From positions 13,492-77,491 of the IMG/VR virus record IMGVR_UViG_3300042566_000510: a stretch of 64,000 nucleotides of DNA; one strand, written 5' to 3'. The DNA is from a virus. Of the stretch, positions 1-9,903 are shown piece after piece. Each line of letters starts with the position of its first letter. Position 1 is the stretch's first letter. The notes under the pieces are model-generated. The model worked only from the letters and a program-made list of their open reading frames with translations, was not told where the DNA came from and did not search any database. Position numbers and translations under genes: made by a program.

Positions 1-1
1 T

Positions 2-85
2 CAAGCCGAGCAGCAGTTCGCAGCTCAGCAAAACGCCGCAGCCTCAGAAGCAGCGGGCGAAGCTCCTGCAACGCAAGGCGAGTAA
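2..85 (+). CDS. 3' end of an upstream phage gene (partial)
   Basis: Open frame QAEQQFAAQQNAAASEAAGEAPATQGE* followed by a terminator. Confidence 0.5.
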   Translation, partial: QAEQQFAAQQNAAASEAAGEAPATQGE

Positions 86-105
86 CACCCAGCAAGATCA
101 CAAAT

Positions 106-131
106 CGCCCTCCCACTGTGGAGGGCGTTTT
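106..131 (+). terminator. Rho-independent terminator
   Basis: CGCCCTCC-cactgt-GGAGGGCG hairpin followed by TTTT. Confidence 0.7.
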
Positions 132-154
132 GTTTGTTTGACAGAAGTAGCAGC

Positions 155-1321
155 ATGAAAATTGACGAGAACCTGAAGCAATTTGCCACCGAGATTCAGG
201 CCGAATACATCGACGCAGCCATCAAGTACGGTAGTTTCCGCAAGGCAGCTCGTCAGCTAAACGTCAACCACAAGACCATTCACCGAGCAGTCATCGCCGT
301 CACCAAGAAGGCGCAGATCCAGGGCTACTCACCCGACCACGACTTCACCCGCCCTGTGCCAGACATGTTCATGGCCAAGGGCGTGTCGACCTACTACAAC
401 AAGGATGGCAAGCCAACAGCCCAGTGGGTCAAGGCAAGTATCAACGACGAGAAGCGCTTCGAGGCCATGAAGGCCGCTGTCGAGGCGTTGTGCGATGAGG
501 TGCCGCGTGTCGAGCCCATCAAGGCGCCAAAGATCAATGACAGCGCTCTGGCCACCGTCTACACCCTGACCGACTCGCACGTCGGCATGCTGGCCTGGCA
601 CCGAGAGGCTGGCGAGGACTGGGATCTCGAGATTGCCGAACGCGTGCTCACCGGATGCTTCCAGGCCATGGTGGACGCATCGCCTGCCGCGGCTACCGGC
701 GTTGTCAACCAGCTCGGCGACTTCCTGCACAGCGATGGCCTGTCGCCAGTGACGCCAACATCTGGGCACATCCTCGATCAGGATGGCCGCTTCAGCAAGG
801 TCGTCGAGGTCGCTGTGCGCATTCTGCGCTCGGTGGTCTCCATGGCCTTGGCCAAGCACAACAAGGTCATCGTGATCATGGCTGAGGGCAACCACGACAT
901 GGCCTCAAGCGTCTGGCTGCGCGTGCTGTTCAAGACGCTGTTTGAGAACGAGCCTCGCGTGACGGTGATCGACACGCCTCTGCCCTACTACTGCATCCAG
1001 CATGGCAAGACCATGCTCGGGTTCCACCATGGGCACCTCAAGAAGAACGACCAGCTCCCAATCCTTTTCGCCTCGCAGTTCCCCAAGGTCTGGGGCGAGA
1101 CGGTCAAGCGCTACTGCCACACCGGGCACCGCCACCACACCGAAGAAAAAGAGCATTCCGGCATCACCGTGATTCAACACCCGACGCTCGCCGCTCGCGA
1201 TGCCTATGCAGCGCGTGGAGGCTGGGTTGCTGAGCGCCAAGTCACCAGCATCACGTACCACATGGACTATGGCCAAGTGGCGCGTCACACCGTTACACCC
1301 GAAATGCTCGGCAGCATCTAA
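155..1321 (+). CDS. Calcineurin-like metallophosphoesterase with N-terminal HTH
   Basis: Motifs DSHVG, GDFLH, GNHD, HHGH, GHRH; N-terminal GSFRKAARQLNVNHKTI HTH; ATG at 155. Confidence 0.8.
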   Translation: MKIDENLKQFATEIQAEYIDAAIKYGSFRKAARQLNVNHKTIHRAVIAVTKKAQIQGYSPDHDFTRPVPDMFMAKGVSTYYNKDGKPTAQWVKASINDEKRFEAMKAAVEALCDEVPRVEPIKAPKINDSALATVYTLTDSHVGMLAWHREAGEDWDLEIAERVLTGCFQAMVDASPAAATGVVNQLGDFLHSDGLSPVTPTSGHILDQDGRFSKVVEVAVRILRSVVSMALAKHNKVIVIMAEGNHDMASSVWLRVLFKTLFENEPRVTVIDTPLPYYCIQHGKTMLGFHHGHLKKNDQLPILFASQFPKVWGETVKRYCHTGHRHHTEEKEHSGITVIQHPTLAARDAYAARGGWVAERQVTSITYHMDYGQVARHTVTPEMLGSI

Positions 1322-1333
1322 ACAGGTACATCG

Positions 1334-4048
1334 ATGACTCTTCTCTCCGTCAAAGCATTCAACGGCCTCAAGCCCATCGTCAAGCCTCGCCTGCTTGGGC
1401 CTGGTGACGCGCAGGTTGCGCAGAACGCGCGGCTGATCTCCGGCTCACTTGAGGCCATGCGCGCGTCGACTACGCTCAAGGCAGCCGCAACTGGCACGCC
1501 CAAAACCATCTTCAAGTACGGCGACGCTTCGAGCGAGACCAACTACTGGCTCGAGTTCACCAATGACACTGACGTCATGCGCTCGCCGATCCCCAACGAT
1601 CAGTGGGATCGCCTGTACTGGACCGACGGCATCGGACTGCCCCGCTACGCTCCGAACTCCATGATCTTGAGCTCGCAGCCATACCCCGGAGCCTCATACC
1701 AGCTCGGCTTACCTGCGCCCAACAAGCCAACAATCGGCTCCTTCTCCGCTGTTCCGGTCTACACGCCTGTCACCCGCGAGTACGTGCTGACCTTCTACAA
1801 CCCAACCTCGACCAAAGAGTCTGCACCAAGCTCCGTGTTCACGGTTCAGGCTGTCGACGGGCAGAAGACTGCCGTATCCAACCTCACCACGAACAACCAA
1901 GGCGACGCCGGCATCACCAAGAAGCGCCTGTACCGAAAGGTCAGTGGCACCTACCGTCGCGTGACTGAGCTTGACCTTTCCGTGACGACCTACGACGACA
2001 CGGCAACCGACGCATCGCTGGCATCGGCAGCGACTCTTTCATTGGCAGTTGGCTCTGCGCCAGCCGCACCAGGCAGGGCTCCGACCGTTACGACCTCGAC
2101 CGTGACGCCAACGGCTGCCGGCATTTCGCGCAGCTACATCTACACCATCAAGAACGTCGCTGTTGGCATGACCGGTGGTGATGGTGGTCAGTACACCGAG
2201 TACTTTGCCGAATCCGCAGCGAGTGCGGTTTACACGGTCACAGCGGACACCACTCAGACCGTGACCATCAGCGGCATGAGTAACACCCTGGGAGGCAGTC
2301 ACTTCCGCGTGTATCGCAAAGACGCGGGTAGCTCGTCGTACCAGTTTGTCGCAGAAGTTCCGGTTGCTCAGACGTCCGTGGCCGACGTGATCGCAGCAAC
2401 AACGCTTGGTGGCGTCTACAGCCCAGACGGCGCGTGGAACTTCTCCCCAAGCGTTGCTCCAACTGGAAGCGTGAACTCTTCGACCGCCAAGTCCACCGTG
2501 TCCCGCGTGTACATGGCGACATACCTAGACGCGTCAGGCAATGAAAGTACGAGGAGCCCAGTGAGCTCCGTGATCAGCGCCGTTGACGGTCAGACCTCGG
2601 TGACCATCACCCAGAGCGAGACAGTGCCAGCCGGTGTCGCCAAGAAGCGCATCTACCGCCAGACTGTGACCGTAACTAACGGCGTGATTAGCGTGAGCGA
2701 TGCAAACTGGAAGCTCGTCATTGAAGTGCCGGCAACCACAACATCCGGCGTCGAGGCTTTGGCTGACGTGTCTCTTGGTGCCGCATACCCAACCGCGCTG
2801 CGCGATTTGCCTGTAGCACCCAATGCAACCCCGACGCTCAACGCCACCATCCCAACGGCGCCAGTTCCAGAGACGCGCACGTACGTCATTACATACGTCT
2901 CGGCATACGGCGAAGAAGGCCCGCCATCGGATGCATCTGACCTAGCGACCATTGATCCCACGAAGAGCGTTACCGTCGACCTCGCTGGATCTCCCACGGG
3001 CAGCTACAACGTCACCCTCAAGCGCATCTACCGCTCATCCACTGTCGGCAACCAGGCTCAGTTCCAGTTCGTCGCTGAAGTTCCTCTGGCTACGAGCTCG
3101 TACGTGGATGAGGTTGACCAGGCCGATCTCGGTGAAGTGCTGCCAAGCGAAGGCTGGGTTGCTCCTCCCGCGGATCTCAAGGGCTTGCGCATGCTGGCCA
3201 ACGGAGCCGCTGTCGGCTTCTCTGGTCGCACCGTGTACCTGTCAGAGCCCAACATGCCGCACGCTTGGCCGCACAAGTACACGATCGACTTTGACATCGT
3301 CGGCATCGCCGTCTTTGGCCAGACCGTCGCTGTGCTGACCAATGCGTACCCGTTCCTGCTGCAAGGCGCTGACCCTGCTGCAATGACGCCGACCAAGCTC
3401 GAGTTCCCGCAGGCGTGCGTATCAAAGCGCTCGATTGTTGAGACCGGAGACGGCGTGCTGTACGCATCCCCTGATGGCTACGTATCAATCGGCTCAGGCG
3501 TCGGGTTGATAACCGCAACCCTGCTATCTCGCGACGGCTGGCAGGCATACGTGCCATCCTCGATGGAATGCTACCTGTACAACGGCCGCATTCATGTCAT
3601 GTACAACACCGGCTCCGTGCGCGGCTGCCTCGTCATTGACCCAACCGGTCAAGGCGCGGTCATGACCACGATGGACATCAACGCCGCCACCGCTGTGAAT
3701 GCTGGCTACTACGATCCAGCGCGAGACATCCTGTACCTCGCTCAAGGCGGAAACATCGTGCGCGTTGACCAAGGCTCGGCGCTCACCGCAACCTGGCGCA
3801 GCAGGCTCTACCGCCTGCCATGGCAGCAGAACATGTCCGTCGCGCAGGTTCGCGCTGCAAGCTACCCAGTGACACTTCGCATCTACGCTGACGGCGTGCT
3901 CAAGACGACAAAGACTGTCACCAGCGCAGAGCACTTCCCACTGGCTGGCGGCTTCCGCGCGCTTGACTGGGAGTTTGAAATCGACACCACCACCGAAGTT
4001 TCGGAGGTGAATATCGCCACCAGCGTTGCCGAGTTGAAAGCCGTATGA
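1334..4048 (+). CDS. Tail tubular/stabilization (nozzle-like) protein with four internal beta-sandwich repeats
   Basis: 904 aa, Thr/Ser/Val-rich; repeats R-x-Y-x-x-T...ES-x-x-S...KRIYR; C-terminal LSEPNMPHAWP and YASPDG motifs; position in tail module. Confidence 0.65.
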   Translation: MTLLSVKAFNGLKPIVKPRLLGPGDAQVAQNARLISGSLEAMRASTTLKAAATGTPKTIFKYGDASSETNYWLEFTNDTDVMRSPIPNDQWDRLYWTDGIGLPRYAPNSMILSSQPYPGASYQLGLPAPNKPTIGSFSAVPVYTPVTREYVLTFYNPTSTKESAPSSVFTVQAVDGQKTAVSNLTTNNQGDAGITKKRLYRKVSGTYRRVTELDLSVTTYDDTATDASLASAATLSLAVGSAPAAPGRAPTVTTSTVTPTAAGISRSYIYTIKNVAVGMTGGDGGQYTEYFAESAASAVYTVTADTTQTVTISGMSNTLGGSHFRVYRKDAGSSSYQFVAEVPVAQTSVADVIAATTLGGVYSPDGAWNFSPSVAPTGSVNSSTAKSTVSRVYMATYLDASGNESTRSPVSSVISAVDGQTSVTITQSETVPAGVAKKRIYRQTVTVTNGVISVSDANWKLVIEVPATTTSGVEALADVSLGAAYPTALRDLPVAPNATPTLNATIPTAPVPETRTYVITYVSAYGEEGPPSDASDLATIDPTKSVTVDLAGSPTGSYNVTLKRIYRSSTVGNQAQFQFVAEVPLATSSYVDEVDQADLGEVLPSEGWVAPPADLKGLRMLANGAAVGFSGRTVYLSEPNMPHAWPHKYTIDFDIVGIAVFGQTVAVLTNAYPFLLQGADPAAMTPTKLEFPQACVSKRSIVETGDGVLYASPDGYVSIGSGVGLITATLLSRDGWQAYVPSSMECYLYNGRIHVMYNTGSVRGCLVIDPTGQGAVMTTMDINAATAVNAGYYDPARDILYLAQGGNIVRVDQGSALTATWRSRLYRLPWQQNMSVAQVRAASYPVTLRIYADGVLKTTKTVTSAEHFPLAGGFRALDWEFEIDTTTEVSEVNIATSVAELKAV

Positions 4049-6135
4049 TCCGCGAAACCCTTGTCCCATCCATCCCAGACATCCGCGACGACAACGTCAA
4101 GGATGTGCTGCGCGCCATCAAGAGCACGCTCGACGTGCGCGAGGGCAACATCGGTGACCCGCTTGACCAAGTTGTCACCATGCGAGAGCTCAGCGCTCTC
4201 AACCTGGTAGACAAGTCCAGCACCAGCACCACTTCGTACGGCGCGACCCTTCCTGTTGGCCCCGTCATTCCAGCGCCAACCGGCGGGTACAACCCGGCCA
4301 CCGACTACACGATTCCACCAGCTCCGACAAACCTGCGCGCAAGGGGTGGCTTCACCAACGTCTACCTCGAATGGGACGGGGCGCCAATCAAGAACCTCGC
4401 GTACACCGAGATCTGGCGCTCGGCAGCCGACAGCCTTGGCACGGCAGTCATGGTTGGAACCACGGCGGCCAACGTCTACGCCGACGCGGCCGCGCCAGAT
4501 ACGGAGTACTTCTACTGGGTTCGCTTTGTATCTGAGGCCAACGTCACCGGCCCGTACAACGGCACCTCTGGCACACGCGCCCGTACGGCCATGGACGTCT
4601 CGGCGGCCATCTCCGCGATTTCAGATGAGATCATAAACAGTCAGCTCTACGCCGATCTTGGTTCACGCATCTCGGCCACCGAGACCGGTATCAAGACCCT
4701 GACCGACATCACTGCCACGAGCGCAAAGAGCGTCAGCACCCTAGCCAGCGTGGTCAACGGTCACTCGGCGGCCATTGAGGTGGCGCAGTCGTCGGTCGAC
4801 GGCTTGCGTGCTCAGTACTCAGTCAAGATCGACAACAACGGGCACGTTTCAGGCTTCGGCTTGTCATCGACCATCACCAACGGCAAGCCCATGTCCGCGT
4901 TCATTGTGCGCGCAGACCGGTTCGCCATTGTGGGCGCAAACAGCACGACAGATCCGCTGGGCACACTTACACCAAGCAAGGTGCCTTTCATAGTACTGAC
5001 AACACCGACAGTCATTGGCGGCAAAACTTACCCTGCTGGCACCTGGATCGACACAGCATTCATTGCCAACGCCACGATTGCCAACGCGCAGATCTCCGAC
5101 CTGACTGCCGACAAGATCACCACCGGCAGCTTGACGGCCTCAATTGGCATTACCACCGGTAAGATCACCGGCGGCGTCAATACAGCCTACGCTTTCGGCT
5201 CGAGCAACTTCGGCACGGGCTTCTACCTCGGCTCGGACAGCGGCGTCTACAAGTTTCGCGTTGGCTCGTACGCAAAGAACATGACGTGGGATGGGACTAA
5301 CCTGTCTGTCACTGGTACTGTCTCAGCCACCGGAGCCACGTTCCAAGGCTTAACCATCACGGACGCCAGCGGTAACGTGCTGCTCTCGTCGGGCGGTGGA
5401 GTGAACGGTGCATACGTGTCTGGTCTCGGTGCGTTTGCTGGTCTTGATGAGATCACCTCTACAAACATCAGCACGTACATTGCCGACGGCGCAATCGGAA
5501 ACGCCCACATCGGTAACTTCATCTCGTCGACGAACTTCAACGGCGTCATCAATAGCAGCGGGCTCATCACCAGTAACGGCACCACAGGCTGGGCGATTGG
5601 TAAGGCTGGAAATGCCGTGTTCCAATCCATCTATGCTCGCGGAGATATCCAGGCCAGCAGCTTAAACGCAGCAACCGGAACCTTTAGTGGCACGCTCACC
5701 TCGTCTGCAATTAACGCGGTGAACACAATCAACGTGGCCGGCAACGCAGTTACTGCCATGTACTACGCCGCAGGCGGTTCTGGAACATTGGCTGCGAACG
5801 AGCAACTCAAGCTTATTACCTCAGTAAGCATCAGCATGCCGACTGGATCGAGTGGCGTTGTGATCAATGCGTTCGTGAACATGAGCGGTTACTACTCTGG
5901 CACAACGGTCTACATTGAAATCAAGCGCAACGACGGGACTCAACTCAGAGGCGTTGGCGTTTCCTTGGTGTCTGGCTTCTATTCGTCATTTGCTATCACG
6001 GCATTTGACCCGTACCCAACATCCACATACCCAACGTACGCCATGTATATCAGTAATCCGACCACCGGCCCTGGATCCAACTCTCCAGCGGACTACAGCG
6101 ATCCATCCATCCAAGCAACAGGCGGTAAGCGATGA
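4045..6135 (+). CDS. Tail tip/fibre protein (FN3-like domain plus TipJ/DUF1983-like domain)
   Basis: PPAPTNL...EIWRS...YFYWVRFV; YSVKIDNNGHVSGFGL...FIVRADRFAI; IANAQI repeats. Confidence 0.75.
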   Translation: MIRETLVPSIPDIRDDNVKDVLRAIKSTLDVREGNIGDPLDQVVTMRELSALNLVDKSSTSTTSYGATLPVGPVIPAPTGGYNPATDYTIPPAPTNLRARGGFTNVYLEWDGAPIKNLAYTEIWRSAADSLGTAVMVGTTAANVYADAAAPDTEYFYWVRFVSEANVTGPYNGTSGTRARTAMDVSAAISAISDEIINSQLYADLGSRISATETGIKTLTDITATSAKSVSTLASVVNGHSAAIEVAQSSVDGLRAQYSVKIDNNGHVSGFGLSSTITNGKPMSAFIVRADRFAIVGANSTTDPLGTLTPSKVPFIVLTTPTVIGGKTYPAGTWIDTAFIANATIANAQISDLTADKITTGSLTASIGITTGKITGGVNTAYAFGSSNFGTGFYLGSDSGVYKFRVGSYAKNMTWDGTNLSVTGTVSATGATFQGLTITDASGNVLLSSGGGVNGAYVSGLGAFAGLDEITSTNISTYIADGAIGNAHIGNFISSTNFNGVINSSGLITSNGTTGWAIGKAGNAVFQSIYARGDIQASSLNAATGTFSGTLTSSAINAVNTINVAGNAVTAMYYAAGGSGTLAANEQLKLITSVSISMPTGSSGVVINAFVNMSGYYSGTTVYIEIKRNDGTQLRGVGVSLVSGFYSSFAITAFDPYPTSTYPTYAMYISNPTTGPGSNSPADYSDPSIQATGGKR

Positions 6136-6440
6136 TTCATTACATCCTAAAAAACCCAGACGGCAGCGTGTTTCAACGCGGCGTATGCGGCGGCGAGAAT
6201 GAGATCCCTCAGATTAATGGGCTAACCCCGGAAGTGATCGAGATGAGCGATCTGCGTCATCCATCAACGCAAGTGCGCGAGCCGACCTACGTCGACTACC
6301 GAGCGCTCGCTTACCCATCCATCGGTTCTCAAATCGACGCCCTTTGGCACGCCATGGACGACGGCTTACTACCCAAAATTGAGCCAATGTACAGCGACAT
6401 CAAGGCAGTCAAAGAGAAGTACCCCAAGCCAACGGCATAA
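6132..6440 (+). CDS. Small tail-fibre-associated protein
   Basis: RALAYPSIGSQIDALWH...IKAVKEKYPK; ATGA overlap with the fibre gene. Confidence 0.6.
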   Translation: MIHYILKNPDGSVFQRGVCGGENEIPQINGLTPEVIEMSDLRHPSTQVREPTYVDYRALAYPSIGSQIDALWHAMDDGLLPKIEPMYSDIKAVKEKYPKPTA

Positions 6441-6509
6441 CATTTAGTTGACGAGTCAGCGATAAGGCACGCACTCGTGTGCGCGTATATCACGACATCA
6501 AAAAAATGT

Positions 6510-6537
6510 CAACAAAATGTTGGTTTTCGGGTAAAAT
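6510..6537 (+). promoter_or_regulatory. Operator CAACAAAATGTTG plus putative -10 (TAAAAT) upstream of the ejection module
   Basis: Palindrome at 6510-6522; TAAAAT at 6532-6537; AT-rich intergenic region. Confidence 0.6.
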
Positions 6538-6545
6538 CGCACGCT

Positions 6546-7037
6546 ATGACCGTTTCCAAAGACCACTCAGCTCCACCCTGGCAACCTGCCGGTGAGGACG
6601 AGTGGTTGTCGCTAATGGCTGGAAACGAGAATGCCGTTCGGTTCCTGCGTGATATTTCATTCTTGTCGCACGTCTACGACGACCTGATCGACAAAGACAA
6701 ATCAGTGCCACAAGACCACGTCCACGCATTGATGTGGAAGGCGCTGATCGCCATCCCGACTAATCCGTTTTACCAGGCGCATCAAGACATGCTGCGCCCG
6801 CTGCTGATTACCGGGATCATCAACTGGCATGGGGCGAACCAGATTGAGGCGCGCGGCGACGTTGAGGAGCTGCACATCTCTCACGCCACGCGGTACTCCA
6901 TTGGCGATATTGCCTTGATGGCAATGGCCCTCACGGGCGGCCAGGAGCACGCGATTAAGAACGCAAGTCGGTGTCGTCTACTGTTTCAAAACGACACCTG
7001 GGAACATTATTTGAAGGAGCATTCTCGTGCTAATTAA
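6546..7037 (+). CDS. Hypothetical helical protein with DDxxD (isoprenoid-synthase-like) motif
   Basis: HVYDDLIDKD; ATG at 6546; overlaps the next gene. Confidence 0.6.
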   Translation: MTVSKDHSAPPWQPAGEDEWLSLMAGNENAVRFLRDISFLSHVYDDLIDKDKSVPQDHVHALMWKALIAIPTNPFYQAHQDMLRPLLITGIINWHGANQIEARGDVEELHISHATRYSIGDIALMAMALTGGQEHAIKNASRCRLLFQNDTWEHYLKEHSRAN

Positions 7038-7905
7038 AGACATATTCAGGCTGATCGTGCCGCAGTTCATGTTTGGATTGCGCCTTGACGTGGGCGGCGG
7101 CGATGCTCCAGCTCCAGATCCTGCGATTGGCGAGGCCGCCAAAGCGAATGCCGCGCTCGGGAAAGAGGCGTTCGACTGGTACAGCAACTACTACACCAAC
7201 ACAGTCGCTCCGATGCAGCAGCGTCAGACTGAGTTGGCCCAGACGCTGACCAATGATTACTTGGACACCTCGGCCCAACAGAAGCAGTTTGCGCAAGACC
7301 AGAATGCGTACTACAAGTCTACGTTCCAGCCTGCCGAGCAGCAGATGGTGCGCGACGCCATGGACTACGACTCCGCGGCCAACATCAAGCGCGCATCTGG
7401 CGAGGCTGCAGCCAACGTCAACCAGCAGTTCAGCAACGCCCGTGGCCAAAGCGCTCGCTTGGCTGGTCGCTACGGCTTGGCATCCACCGCCTTTTCTGGC
7501 CCTGCTGGCGCCTCTGAGCGCGCTCAAGCGCTTGGCGCGGCTGGCGCTGCTACTGGTGCTGCCACCGCCACTAAAGACAAAGCCATCGCGCTGCGCTCTG
7601 GCGTGTCTAACTTCGGTCGCAACATGCCTAACACGTCGGCTCAATACTTTGCAGGCTCCAACGCCTCCAACGCAGGCGCTGGCGCTGCCGCTGGGCAAGG
7701 CTTCAACAGCACCATGGCTGCTGGCGGCTTCATGAACGGAGGCTTCGGTCTTGGCATGCAGGGCAACAGCTCCGCAGGCAGCCTCTTGCTCGGCGACTTC
7801 CAAGGTCGCATGCAAGGCTACGCCGCTGACCAGGCCGCGATTGGCGGACTGATGCAGGGTATCGGCAGCGTTGGTGCTGCCTACGGACTTAAGAAGTGGG
7901 GATAA
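7027..7905 (+). CDS. Internal virion/ejection protein
   Basis: Ala/Gly/Gln-rich, Cys-free; GGG-APAPDP N-terminal motif; C-terminal Gly-rich helix. Confidence 0.7.
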   Translation: MLIKDIFRLIVPQFMFGLRLDVGGGDAPAPDPAIGEAAKANAALGKEAFDWYSNYYTNTVAPMQQRQTELAQTLTNDYLDTSAQQKQFAQDQNAYYKSTFQPAEQQMVRDAMDYDSAANIKRASGEAAANVNQQFSNARGQSARLAGRYGLASTAFSGPAGASERAQALGAAGAATGAATATKDKAIALRSGVSNFGRNMPNTSAQYFAGSNASNAGAGAAAGQGFNSTMAAGGFMNGGFGLGMQGNSSAGSLLLGDFQGRMQGYAADQAAIGGLMQGIGSVGAAYGLKKWG

Positions 7906-7908
7906 CAC

Positions 7909-9870
7909 ATGGGACTCGGACTCGGAGCATTAGGCGGTTTAGCCAAGGGCATTGCCCAAGGTACGCAGATGGCGTGGGATCAGCAAGAGCGCGAGCGCCA
8001 AGCCGCACGCCAAGAGAAGATCGACGCCATGACGGAGGAGAAGTTTGGCCGCGAGAAAAAAGAGTGGGCTGACAAAGACGCCATCGAAAGGGCTACCACC
8101 GACATCATGAGCGCCGGCACGCAGACTCCAGGGTTTGCGTCAGAGTCCTCTTCTGGCAAGTACTTCAATAGAGATCAAAATGAAGCGCAGCAGCTCGCTG
8201 ACCTCAACGCCGCAGCGGACGAAATGGCCGCGGGACCAGCCGGCGACCAAGGCGCATCGCAGCCGCTACAGGCATCTGTCAAGCAGGCAGCATCCGTTGC
8301 TGGCCTTGACGGTAAGTCAAAGCTATTCACCGGGCTGAATGCCGCAACAGAAGCCAAGCAGTATGTCGACAACGGCGACTTCGGAAGCTACGCAAAATAC
8401 ACGACTCTGCGCGACAAGCTGGCCACCATGCCGGGTGGTCAGGAGTATGCCGACAAGTTCTTCCAGCGCATGAAGCTAATGAAGGAGGAAGGCCTTGACA
8501 AGGCTCTCTCATATCTTGACGCCGATCGACCAGAGGACGCCATGCGCGCCGCTCAGTCCGTTGGTCAGTACCGCCCTCCCGAAGGATCAAAGCTGGTATC
8601 AAGGCAAGGCAAGCATTGGCTCACAGGAGCAGATGACAAAGTCTGGAGCCTTGTTGACAAGGATGGGAAAGTCATCCAAGACGACGTTCGCCGGTCAATT
8701 GAAGGTGGCCTGCTCGGGTTCAAGGATCGCGCGACTATCGCTGCCACACTAAAGAAGTCCGAAGACTCCGCAGAGGCTCGCCGCTACGCAGCAGAAATGG
8801 CATTCCAGCGCGGGCTCATGCTTGGCGGAGGGGGCGGAAGGTCTGGAGGGTCTGGCGGATCCGGCGGATCTGGAAAGCAACCATCCGACCCGGCAATGAG
8901 CCTGCTTGAAGATGCGTACAAAGCTGACGCACCAGGCGGCGGGAAGCACACCGGAGCTCAGCTTATTGAGGGTACAGCGATGCTGGACGTCATCCCTAAG
9001 ACCTTGCCGAATGGTACGACATTGTCTGACAAGATGCGCGCCCAGATTGCCTACGACGCATCTGTAAACCCAAACTCCACCACTACGCAAATCAATCCAA
9101 CAACAGGACAGATTGAGCGCGTGTATAAGATGGCGCCACGCCCTAATGCCGCTGGCAACATGATCCCAGCATCCATTCCTGTTGGGGTTTGGAGCGTAGA
9201 TCAGGCGGTATCAGCGGCCTCTACGGATGATGATGCAAGCAAAAAGGTGCGAGCCACGCTAGGCGCGGAGGTTCAAAAGATCACATCCGGATTGCCGCGG
9301 AATGAGCAGCAAAACGTCATTGACTCTGCATTCAGTGAGCGCGCCCGCAGGGAATACATGGGACGCTACCAAGGCGAGATTGCGCGTAGCGTTCAGGATC
9401 TCGACAAGCCGCAAGAGTGGAAGGATGCGTACGTCAAGCAAAACGTCCAAGCTCGTGAGCGATTGATTGACTTGCAGCGCGAGTTTGGCAAGAAGCCAGA
9501 ATGGGTCGAAAAACAAGAGAGCCAAGCGCGCGTGAAGGCTGGCCTCGCCGCCACCGCCAATAGCAACTACACAGAAAGCCAAGCCGCATCTGTCAAGAAG
9601 TGGTTCGGCGATGAAAAGCCAATCATTCCGAGCATCACAAATGCAGCGAAAGGTTTGTACAACAGTGCGGCCGAATCTTTCAAGCAAAGCAATGTGCGGA
9701 GTGAAGACTACATACGGAAAACCGTCGCAGACATCAATAAGACAGGAAGAATTTGGCCGGCTGACGCGTCAGCAATAGCAGCTACATTGAAGAGCAAGCC
9801 GGAGCTGAAGTCCCTCTTTACGCCTGACCAGCTAGAAGCAATTCAAGCCCGCACTGGCGCCCAGTTCTAA
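7909..9870 (+). CDS. Internal virion/DNA transfer protein
   Basis: N-terminal GLGALGGLAKGIAQG followed by coiled coil; Cys-free; position in module. Confidence 0.65.
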   Translation: MGLGLGALGGLAKGIAQGTQMAWDQQERERQAARQEKIDAMTEEKFGREKKEWADKDAIERATTDIMSAGTQTPGFASESSSGKYFNRDQNEAQQLADLNAAADEMAAGPAGDQGASQPLQASVKQAASVAGLDGKSKLFTGLNAATEAKQYVDNGDFGSYAKYTTLRDKLATMPGGQEYADKFFQRMKLMKEEGLDKALSYLDADRPEDAMRAAQSVGQYRPPEGSKLVSRQGKHWLTGADDKVWSLVDKDGKVIQDDVRRSIEGGLLGFKDRATIAATLKKSEDSAEARRYAAEMAFQRGLMLGGGGGRSGGSGGSGGSGKQPSDPAMSLLEDAYKADAPGGGKHTGAQLIEGTAMLDVIPKTLPNGTTLSDKMRAQIAYDASVNPNSTTTQINPTTGQIERVYKMAPRPNAAGNMIPASIPVGVWSVDQAVSAASTDDDASKKVRATLGAEVQKITSGLPRNEQQNVIDSAFSERARREYMGRYQGEIARSVQDLDKPQEWKDAYVKQNVQARERLIDLQREFGKKPEWVEKQESQARVKAGLAATANSNYTESQAASVKKWFGDEKPIIPSITNAAKGLYNSAAESFKQSNVRSEDYIRKTVADINKTGRIWPADASAIAATLKSKPELKSLFTPDQLEAIQARTGAQF

Positions 9871-9903
9871 TCGAGTCAACACAAAGAAATAAGTAGAACC
9901 AGC

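Noticed and set aside
4045-6440. Diversity-generating retroelement at the tail fibre
   Set aside because: No reverse transcriptase and no TR/VR repeat pair seen in the window
7030-7908. 292-aa antisense ORF (also 16762..17664, 18916..19866 and similar)
   Set aside because: Antisense shadows of GC-rich genes with biased codons; no RBS or recognisable motifs
8821-8875. GGSGGSGG repeat
   Set aside because: Ordinary Gly/Ser linker in an ejection protein
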